DNA from: Bugula neritina | Lineage: Eukaryota > Animalia > Bryozoa | Assembly (NCBI GenBank): GCA_964035545.1 | Contig: OZ037773.1 | Span: 1,331,751-1,395,750, forward strand | Direction: 5' to 3' | Length of the DNA: 64,000 nucleotides | In this document: positions 52,845-64,000 of the stretch, in pieces | How the letters are laid out: every line of letters begins with the position of its first letter | How positions within the stretch are numbered: position 1 is the first letter of the stretch | Position numbers and translations under genes: made by a program | Notes under the pieces: model-generated | Databases searched by the model: none | The model's input: the letters and a program-made list of their open reading frames with translations, nothing else | What the model was told of the DNA's origin: nothing

Positions 52845-55800
52845 AATTCTTCATTTGAATTCTGGCAATCTCCCTCGGATAATCTTCTAGTCTGGTAGCA
52901 TAGTCTACTAATACGCAATCACATCTTTGGAAAGGGTTAGGCCAGCCACTTTAACAATAATGTAAATAACTTTAGCTTTAAACTGCAAATGTGCCAAAAC
53001 ACTTTTTATAATTTTATTTACTTGTTTACATTATGATTGATTTTTTAGTATTTTAGCCACTCGTTTACTAACTGATAAACTGTAGATTTTATTTAATAAA
53101 GTATTGCAAGTTTCAACCAAATGCTAAGCCATCAGTTGTATTATGCAAACTGCTTTTTAGTGTAGCCTACAAACAAAATGGGCTACCTTGGTGACTATAA
53201 TTATATTTAACTTTGCCACCAACTTTAAGGTTGAATTTTCATATTTAAAATAATATTCAGTCTGCCTAATTATTAAACTTGCAAACACTTCAAAAAAACC
53301 TTTATTTGAATTGTTGTATTAGCTGTGAAAATGAAGATTTTGCAAGGCATGGTTACAGTTGAAACCAATCATAAGTTAACATTTTTGTTGAGGCGAAATG
53401 AAGCATAGTTGGCTGAAATTGGCTGATACAATATTTAAACAAGAGTTCTAATTTAAGCAAAACGTTGACTCCAACAAAATTTTGGATCATAGTTATATTT
53501 TGTGGAGCTTGTTTGTGCAGCTCCATATTTCAACAGATTTTTAATAAGCAGTTGATCAATTAAAAAAGAATAAACCTAAGATGAAAACTTTATTCAAGTT
53601 GCTCATACTAACTATATTGCAAATAGTAAAGTTTTCTTGCAATGAGTAACTTTAAAATGATTAGATTTTGCCATTTTTTGGAACGAGTGTCAGAGCCAGT
53701 GTTGAAGGTTAGTGGTGGACTAGTGGTGGATCAGCCAATGATTGAAACTAGTGGTAGAAGTAGTGTAAATAATAATTATTATATTATTATACTATATCAC
53801 ACTATAATACATCATACTACACTATACCCGTTGTATACTGAACTGCATACCATACTGTATACTATACTGTGTACAGTATAGTATACAGTATATATTATAC
53901 TGTATAGTGTATACTATACTATAATATACTATATAGAACAATACTATATAACACACTCTAATATATATAACATGCTATACTATATAGTATATACTATATA
54001 GTTTATACTATATACACAGTTGGTTTAAGGTCATACTTTTCATTTTCTGGCTCTTTGCCAGGTGCTTTATGTTCTATATGAACAATGTTCCACTGATAGC
54101 TCGAACAGGTTGAATGTCACAGGAACAAAAAAAATATGAAAAGATAAAGAAACTCATGTTCTCCAATATACTTTTTTATTTTTTTCAAAAGCCAATTCAT
54201 GTTTAAGTTATAGCTTGTTGAAAAACATAGTCCCCCTTCCACATTCTTTTCAATTTATACGCTCCTGACTTGTTATTGTGTCTCAATAATATGCCTTGTA
54301 TTTGAGTGCTTGTTAGTCTCGCTTCACTAACTTTGCCTATACTTCACAAGTGCCAGTGCTGCTGGCTCAAAAGCTAAATGTTATAAACTGTCAGCTAAAA
54401 CCCAATCTTGTATTCCTAGGTTGGTTGGCCTAAATAAAACAATAGTCAAATCATGATTTCATGTTTTAAAAATTTACTCTATTCTAACCTGCTGCCTAGC
54501 TAGTTCTCTTTTTGATGTATAATTACAAAATTTGTGATACATTTTTTTGGCAACCATGTGATTTATAAAATGCAGTAATGGTACTTATAATATTATATTA
54601 TTATCATTATAATATATTATATAGTATTATGTGTGTTTTTATTATACTGCATAATATCTATTTTATTATTGTTGTTGCGCAAACAAGTGCAATTAACCTA
54701 GTTTTCAAAATGTACCTCTAAATTATCAGAATATCAGTTTAGATATTTTCATGCTTTGTTAGGTAAACCTAAAAAAAGAGGCTGTATTCCCAAAGTAAAG
54801 GGTGTTGAACTATGAACTATATTAGATTAGCCACTCTGCTACTAAGTGCATCAGTATAATATTATGTGAATAGCTCTGATGCTTTGTCTCCGGTGGCTGG
54901 CTGCGATATGATAACTTGGCCAACTTCCAAGAGTTTAAAATTGGCGAAATTATTCAAGAGGTTACATACTGCACAGAGCTAGCAGTGATAGTAACCTTGC
55001 TATTGGCAGTACTTATTACAACTGCCAGCATATAAGCTGCATTGTAGAATGCCGTTGGGGCAGGCTAGTAAAACCAAATTCTGCTCTCTAATATACCTTA
55101 GACACAATGCAGCAACATAATTTTTAGTTTCAAATTACATTTGCCACCCTTACATGAGCTGTGGGCTTCATAAAGATTCATATGATTAGAGATTTATGCT
55201 ATAGGCCCTATCTGTGCTAGTGTATGATGAAAATAACACACCATTGTCAAAGTTAACTTCAAGTATGTTGTTTTCCAGAAACTCAGTAATGTCCATTTAC
55301 CTCTCACATACAAATACTTATGTAATAGCATACAGTTTAAGTTTTATTTTAGAGCACATCTGCAAACTCTACAATAAGAGCTTGCTTTACCAGTCTATTT
55401 CAGACCTGTTTTTGTAGCTAGTAATACGCAAGCTACTTATTTTTAAACTTTTGCGTTATTTGTTCAAAACCATTTGCTTTGACTGCTATCAACATGAATT
55501 GACAGCCTAATAATTATAACCCATTTGCGCGCGAAATATTTATGTAATGATATTGACTCAAATAGTGCACGGTTTAGAAGCATGACTGCGTGGTCCAGAG
55601 GTTAGAGGCGTCAGCGACGAGTTGGTTGGTCATGGTTCAACCCTGTTTTGTTGCAATTTTTTTTGTCAACTTATGCAAATCCTACGCATGTATAATAAAT
55701 ATGGCTATAATTGTAAAGTTTTTTTTTAACTTTTGTTCAACAGTAAGACAACATACATGCATAATAATTAGATACTGAACACTAGACTAAACCTTAAATT

Positions 55801-58800
55801 GATCTTATAGAATACAATGTACTTAAAATAATCATATGTGAATTAGAGAAACTGAAAGTATACACCTGCTGCGCTATAGACAGACCTTTACTGACAAGAC
55901 TGCAAAGTGAAGTGATTTAGCTGAAATTAACTCTGCCAAACAAACAAAGAATTATGTTGTGCTGAGGCATTTTCAATATATTATTGTAACATAGTGAGAT
56001 GATTCAGCTAAGTGCTAATGTAAAACAGGGAACATTATATTGGCAGAAATCCAATAGATTGCCAATTTGTGCGAGAGGGTACTATATGTTATTGTGATAG
56101 CGCAGAGCGGCAAACGTACTAGGAATGTTATAATTAGTCACAGGAGCGTAGCTAGAACCACCATATGAAGAATTTAGAAAATTGCAGTGAAACTTGCAAA
56201 ATGGTGTATGTTTTTACCAAATTGTGAAGAGCATAAACAGAATTTCAAAAAACAAAGAAAGTATATTAGAGAAAACATATCAAGGAATGTCAAGTTTAAC
56301 TTTTAGACTTTATAAAATGAATCCCCTGTGCTACAGCAGTGGAACATGGAGGGTGTAAAATTTTACTTATTATGCAACAACTTTCTCAGAAAATTTTTTA
56401 TTGAAAAATTAAAAAAGTATATGAAAGAGGAATGCAAGAGCTATCTTTTCATGTAAAATTTGTTAATGTGAGACAAAAACTGTTCGAGCTATCTCCTGGA
56501 AACCGTTTATATATAACATAAAGCAGTGCATGAATCTGGAAAGTAATGACCTTAAACTAACTGTGTAGTATATAGTATATACTATATACTATATACTATA
56601 TAGTATATACTATATAGTATATAGTATATACTATATAGTATATAAGATACTATACTACACATCATATGCATTTGATTGACAAGAGTGTTGCTATGGCAAC
56701 AGTATCGTAGTGTTTCAGTCAATTGAAAAGGTAAAATAACTCCAGTAACTTTCCCCATCTCAGCGTAGCTGTAAATGTCCAATAACAAATAAACAATATG
56801 CTGCCTCTGCAACCAAATCATGTATACTTTCACAAAATTATCTAATCTAAAAATGCATTTCATCAAATCATAACAATAAGTCGTAAAATCTTGATATTAT
56901 TTAGTTATAAAAGAACAAGTAAAGTTGATGGAGATCTTATTCATTATGTTGGCTGAGATAAACTTGCCACTTGATTTCTGCACCAGCGCAGGGTTTCACA
57001 GAACTGGCGGTCAAACGCAACGACCTTGAAATTCTAGCTAATTCGTTTGTTCAATGTACATTAAGAGTTTGAATTCAAGTCTACAGTTTTATTAGGGATG
57101 AAAATATATGATATTTACTTGCTAGCCTCAGTTTCTTGACTTGCATGTAAATGTTTGAATCTCAGGCTGTATTGCCCGCAGACAAGCTTGTGTATAACAA
57201 TAGTTGCTTGCATCTCCTTTACTATTTTTGCAAGTTGTGTGTCAATGTGTTAGTTGAGTATCTAGTTAAAGGTTTGAGGTGTGAGTAAACCCCACATCTT
57301 CTGGCAGTTGATAGTCTTATAACTTCAGGCTCAAACAATGCTTGCCGTTGCACACAGTAACCAGACTGCTTTGTAGCAACCACTAAGTGAGGGAAGAATC
57401 CACTAGCACTAGAAAACATACTCTAAAATATAATTGATTAACTCTCTTTGAAATATGCAATAAAATCACCTTAAGCAAAGTGTAATTGTTTATTGAAATC
57501 AGCACTAATTTTTTGAAACTAATTTCATCCACCAACTTTTTGAATTTAAAATGCTATATAAAATTCATCAAGGGTTTAAAACACATGAATTAAATTAAAA
57601 GAATAAAACTTGTGGAAAAAGCCAGCAGCTGTAAAATAATTAGTTACTAGTAGAATAAAATTGGCCTTGGAAGAGCAGATTTTTCCTTAAAATTGAGTGT
57701 TGGTGTTGCAGTTTTAGTGACAGAACTTGTACAACTTCATATAAGAAAATATTTACACCTTACGCTATTGACTAAATTATGTTATATTTACTGTCTAATG
57801 TTATGTTTATTTGTATGTCAATATAAATGTAAGACTTTATTATTCCCATCATGCTCCTCTGTCCTGAAACATCAACATTAATGCCTCCAACTTTGTTTAA
57901 CCCTAAACCTTCAGATGAAATAAGTCTTCTAGTTGCACCAGCAACCCCTGTGTTGTGTATGTGACAATCAAAGAAAAGGAATGAAGACTCTTGCATATAC
58001 CAACATGCAATGGAACATTTACTGGATAATAATAATGGCAGGTGTGAAAGAATATTATTATAAAAACATTATAACGTAATATATTTTAATAAAATCAAGA
58101 AAATCAAGCCTCAATAGTTATAAGAAATCTCTCTTCTAAGGCAAATTGAATTGCATAACCATTATATTCAGGTTTTTCTACTTTTTCATCCTAATATGTT
58201 GGCTTTTTATATATTCTTCTTTATTGTTTTTTACAACAATTCAATAAATTTTATACTCTAAGGATGATCGACTGGAGAATTTAAATTAATTAAACCAAAT
58301 TAAAAAAGTTGGTATTTCTAATGAAAAAAATTAAATGACTCATCATAATTTTCTTCAAATTGCATGTCTTTTAAGTTTTATTCTAATCTCCAAGGTTAAA
58401 CTATTGGTGTGAATGAAACATGCATGCAATAACTAAGAAAGAATTTATAATATAAAGTGAATTTACTATGACAATATAGGGATATTACATAGCATTGTAT
58501 TATAATTATATAATACAACATATTAATTACTGTTACACTTGAGCTCATCTGAAGTTCTAGTCTTTGAAGCACATTAGTTAGTGTAGCTTGTTTGCTATAA
58601 CATTAAAATGACGACTATAACTTTTATGCAGTGTATTCAATTGGAAGGGAAACTTAAACAGTAGAACTTGGGCTATGCTCTTTAAAGTATATAATGAGGA
58701 TGTGCTTCATTTCTTACTCTGTGATCTGTGTATACGTCAACCTACCAGACCTACATCCAGGTATGTTGGTGTTGTGTTTCATACTTATTCTACAGTCTAG

Positions 58801-58997
58801 GCTTTTCACTTCATCATCTTTACTTTTATTCTCAACTTGTTGGTTTATTTATAAATTTTACAGCTTCACTTTTCACTGGTGACATATTATATAATATTAC
58901 ATGCCTGTATCTATTTGTTTTATTCTAATGTATATAAAAGTGTAGTATATACTTAGGAATAATATTTTGTTGCTATATTTTATATAGAGTGGTGAAG

Positions 58998-61900
58998 ATG
59001 ACTGTATATAGAGAAGCTCTAATACTTCTGGTCATATTTTCAACCAACTCAGGTAAGAGGGTCAGGTCTGCGGTGATTCTACTGTTGCTGCTGCTGTTGC
59101 TGCTTCTGCTGCTGCTGTTGCTGCTGCTCAGCAGTCAATAGAGGCGTGTGGAGGTTGTGTCTTCCTCATAATTTATTAGATACATTTTGTACAAAATTCA
59201 CCTAGCCCAAGTTTCAAACTGAAGTGGACACAAAGTTTTGTAAACTGGCTACTGGTACATGTCTGTAGGTGAGTGTCAGAAAGTGTGGGGACCAGGCTAC
59301 CAGAGAGGTCAAGGTGACAGTGGACCTATCTATGGGCAGGGAGGGGGAGCCAGCAGCCCCCAAATTATGCCTGGTAAGTATAGAATCTCTACTAAATAAT
59401 GTAGAATTTGAGGCAACAAAAGCCACTATAAAAATAATAAGTAATAAAAATATGAAGCAATATAGAATTTCAGTTAATGACTACTTTATATTGTGTTACA
59501 ACTTTTATATCTTACTTTTCAGTATGCATTATCATGTGATGTTGCATATACTATTCTATGTCAAAATAGTATCAAATTTTGTTAAAAAAGTGTTATAGAA
59601 TATTGTTTTATAATCTACTACAATAATATGTAAGTGGATAAAGTACAAAGTATCATAATGAATGAAGAATATGAACTTGCAAACATACATGTACATCAAC
59701 ATAATTATATTCAAACAGTGGGAAGGTGTGATCCGGTAAGTATACAGAACACAGCTTAGACTGTGCTTTATATATAATTGCAGTGAATGGCGGGTGGGGG
59801 AGTTGGACAGCCTGGACAATATGCACCAAACACTGTGGAGGTGGAACTCAGACTAGGCAGAGACAATGTGATGACCCGCTGCCACAGTACGGAGGGTCAG
59901 CGTGTCCCGGACTTTCCAACAGAGCAACTCAGCGCAGACTCTGCAACACTGAGTCTTGTGAAGGTAAATGCTGACTCAACAGGGTGCTGCTTCAACGTAG
60001 GGCAGCCATCTTGAGTAATATAGTGTATGATGGTTTAATGTGACATATTTATTATTTATTGCTATGAAATTATATTATTGTTTGCTAAACACAATTTAGA
60101 TTATTTTATATTAAAGTATAACCTACATTATTTATGTTACAATATGGTTCATGCTATTTTGTTATGTATTTTAATTCATGCTATTAAGTTATGTAAAAGT
60201 AAAATACAATATACAGGTAAAACATACGCAGGTAAAGTTTCTCAGGTGAAACATGTTATAGTTTATTCAACCTATTCTACACTTATAATTAGCTTTACAA
60301 TACAGAATGTTTAATCAACCGTAACCATGGCGATATCGGTGCTAATCTCTTTACACTGAAAGAGTGTAGCTGAGTAATTAATCACACCACTTGTATCCTT
60401 GCACTGGAGAGAGCATCGTCTGCTGCAGCTGCTCATTTCCTGTTGTGAAATCATCTTTCCATTCATTACACCTCATTGACTTGATTACCACCGAGTCACC
60501 TTCAAAGGTTGTACACAGTTTCTGAGACCAATGACTCACAGCTGACTTTGTACGTTGACGTCTTTTTCCTTTCCAGCTTTATTTCTCCATATATTTCTAT
60601 TCTTTTCGATCAGCTTCTTCCTTACTAAAGCTGAACTTTTGGGATGATCACCAAAAGAACACTTTGCCGATTTTCTATCTGTCTGCTATAACTTCTGATT
60701 TGACTGAGATTTAGAGATTTGCTGGCTTTTGTTGGCTAAATACTTTAGAGTTTAGACTGTGTAGACTGTGTAGAGTGTACATGTCTTTGTAGCGGTGGTC
60801 AATGGAGCCTGGAGCGGGTGGACAGAGTGGGCCCCGTGTTCAGTGAGCTGTGGAGAGGGAAGACAGACCAGAACTAGAAGCTGTACTGATCCTCCTCCTT
60901 CTGCAACAGGCCTGGACTGCTCTGGGTTATCAGCTCAGCGTAAGAAGTGCTTCACGCCCTGTCCAGGTGAGTGTCATTATACGTATATATTATATGTTAT
61001 ACGTATATATTGTATGTTATATGTATGTATTGTATGTTATATGTATATATTATATGTTATATGTATATATTATATGTTATACGTATGTATTATACATTAT
61101 ATGTATATATTATATGTTATATGTATGTATTATATGTTATATGTATGTATTATATGTTATATGTATGTATTATACATTATATGTATATATTATACGTTAT
61201 ATGTATGTATTATACATTATATGTATATATTATATGTTATATGTATGTATTATACATTATATGTATATATTATATGTTATATGTATGTATTATATGTTGT
61301 ATGTATGTATTATATGTTATATGTATATATTATATGTATGTATTATATGTTATATGTACATATTACATGTTATATGTATGTATTATACATTATATGTATG
61401 TATTATACATTATATGTATATATTAGACATTATTATGCATTTTCCAATGCACATATAAAATATTCAGTATTATACAAGTTTTACTTTGAAAATTGAATAC
61501 GGAGCTAATTTGAAACTCCTAATGCACCAGCAATATTTTGGCCTATCATAAAGTGCTCTAGTTGTAGTAATGTTATTATTACACATCTGAAATATTGCTA
61601 GTTATAAGTAAAAAGTATATATGTTTGTGAAAATGTATAGCCTAGAATTTTATATTTCGTGCAGTCGATGGCAGATGGGGAGAATGGGAAAGTTGGAGCA
61701 GCTGTTCCGCTACTTGTGGTACAGGAAGTCATACTAGAGTTAGGTCATGTAATAGCCCCGCCCCTTTTCACGGAGGAGACTTCTGCAGGGGAGAACCTAT
61801 AGAAACTACAGATTGTATACCTGCAGTTTCCTGTCCAGGTTGGTACAACTGGAATACTATATTTTGTATTAGTAAGAAGGTTTGGTTGAATAGCAGCAAG

Positions 61901-64000
61901 GTTGGTCATATTAGCTATTTTTAATATCACCAACCTTGCTCATGTAGAGTGTTCTTGACATAGACCTCCTCCATACAATATCAACTGGTTTCTAGTCAAT
62001 CACAGGAAGTAAAATAAACTTATGTTTGTTTTAAAATTCTCCATCTTTGTGACAATCTTTTATACCGAGGATATTTTTAATAGGCTCGTTTCTATTGTGG
62101 CACAGCAGCAATTATAACTGGATACTCTTGTTAGCATCACCAACGGCTTTTACTGGGATTCAAACCCATGCATTTTTGTTTAGTAAGATACTACTCTGAC
62201 CACTAGACCAAGGTTGCTCAGAATAGACACACTAGCTGTGGAAACACTGCAAATAATTTTCTCGTTGCATAATTATGGAGTTGTGCTCTCAAACTCTTTC
62301 GAATCACAACAAATTTACACTTTCCAATTCTTCTCCACTGTAGGAGTTATCACCTTTTGAGAACTAACTCTAAGATTATCAGTTGTGTTAGCAATGTCAA
62401 GGTTGTTGGGTTATTCACCTTGTAGTACACGGAGGGTGGACAGAATGGGAAAGTTGGAGCAGCTGTTCTGCTACTTGTGGTACAGGAAGTCATACTAGAA
62501 GTAGGTCATGTAGTAGCCCCGCCCCTTCTCATGGAGGAGATCTCTGCAAAGGAGAATCTATAGAAAGTTCACAATGCATATCTACAGTTTCCTGTCCCGG
62601 TAATTTATATATTTTGTACTTCATGTAGTTGTTTTTCCCCTAATCGATGTTTTGAACATAATTTACACATTTATAAGTTATAATAAAGGAATTGAACTTA
62701 ATACGTTATATAAGAATTTAGCTAAAGGATATAATAACAGTCTACATCAAAGCTAGCTAAAGTTTAGGGGAAAACAATTTATCCTGTCAGCTTTCTGAGA
62801 TTTGGCTTTGATTGTCTAACAGCAGTTCAAAGGTTCACCCAGAGTTGTATTCCCATATCTTCTGTCTGTAGTGCATGGCGGGTGGTCAGATTGGCACAGC
62901 TGGTCGAGATGCTCAGCCGAGTGTGGCAGCGGCTTTCGCTTTCGGCAGCGAAGTTGCAACAACCCCACCCCTTCTTTTGGAGGTGCAACGTGCAGTGGGA
63001 GAAGAACTCAGAGAGGACGGTGTTCTGCAGATATTCCCTGTGCAGGTAAGAACTTCCTGTTGCAGGTTCTACTCATTCGTGTAGCAAACTGTGTTATGCG
63101 TGTCATTCACTGTTTACGTGTATACCTTTTGCATTTGTTGTGTCTGCTCTTTATATATGGCGTAAATTCTTTATATATAGTGTAAACTCTTTGTATATGA
63201 TGTATATATGCTCTTTATATATAATGTAAATGATTTATATATAGAGTATATAAGAGTATACCTACTCTTTGTGTATAGTCTATATAATCTTAGTATATAA
63301 TATATATACTCTTTGTGTATAGTATATATACTCTTTGTGTATAGTATATATACTCTTTCTATATAGTATATATACTCTTTGTGTATAGTATATATACTCT
63401 TTGTGTATAGTATATATACTCTTTGTATATAATATATATACTCTTTGTGTATAGTACATATACTCTTAGTATATAATATATATACTCTTTGTTTATAGTT
63501 GATGGAGGATGGTCTGCCTGGGCTACTTGGAGCACATGCTCTGTACCTTGCGGGGGTGGCACTAGAGCCCGCAGCAGGTCTTGCACAAATCCATCACCAC
63601 TCTTTGGTGGGAGAGGCTGCAAAGGAGTGGCTGAAGAGATAGTTGACTGTAACTCACATAGATGCATTGGTAAGTAGCTTGTGGCATGTTGTCAATGTAT
63701 TCCACTCAGATGTTAGGCATGTCTCTAAACTGCTTACAAGTTCCAATGGATGAGAAGTATTCTTGATAAAATATTACAGAGAAATTTTGGACGCCTTCAG
63801 CACTTTTAGCCCCTCCTCTCTGATCTGACAGCATTTGTTTTTTTTATTTTAAAGTCACGCCACATTGGCGCCTTCATTCTTCCACTATGTCTATTATAAG
63901 TTGATGTTTACTTACAAAGAGGAATAATATTATCCTGTTTTGTTGTCTTTAGTACACGGTGGTTGGGCTGCATGGGGTTCCTGGACTAGTTGTTCAGCCA
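58998..64000 (+). CDS. Second secreted TSP1-repeat protein, one domain per phase-1 exon; continues past the window end
   Basis: Exons 58998-59052 ([18 protein letters not shown]), 59269-59373 (Gly-rich), then TSP1 exons 59784-59963, 60793-60966, 61665-61838, 62426-62599, 62872-63045, 63499-63669 and 63953->64000. Confidence 0.9.
60975..61435. repeat. 20-bp AT-rich minisatellite after the TSP1 exon donor at 60967
   Basis: tatatgttatatgtatgtat variants. Confidence 0.92.

Noticed and set aside
59719-59735. 17-nt AG..GT microexon in the second TSP1 gene
   Set aside because: It breaks the phase-1 frame, and exon 59269-59373 joins 59784 cleanly without it.
60380-60700. Coding-like minus-strand stretch in a TSP1 intron
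   Set aside because: Two short overlapping frames needing a frameshift, with no recognisable motif or consistent splice sites.

Overview
AT-rich animal (invertebrate metazoan) genomic DNA with GT-AG introns, dense intronic minisatellites and many non-autonomous transposons. Manual splice-phase reconstruction gives eight protein-coding genes. (1) The 3' half of Dicer-1 (RNase IIIa/IIIb, dsRBD; +, 4338-16013). (2) An atypical, probably GTPase-dead Rho/Rnd-like gene nested antisense in a Dicer intron. (3) An unannotated secreted ~208-aa protein (-), invisible in the ORF track, with a Penelope-like retroelement carrying an inverted pseudo-LTR and hammerhead relics in its probable last intron. (4) A minimal membrane-anchored RING-H2 protein. 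(5) A secreted prokineticin/astakine-like 10-Cys protein (-). (6) A repeat-expanded NUSAP1 homologue. (7, 8) Two tandem secreted thrombospondin type-1-repeat genes; the second runs off the window. Two patterns are not explained by these features: degenerate 6-bp-periodic A-N-T DNA just downstream of CpG-bearing promoter-like regions, and intron-specific minisatellites abutting splice sites that sometimes echo the neighbouring exon. All gene models were read by eye, and no database searches were run.
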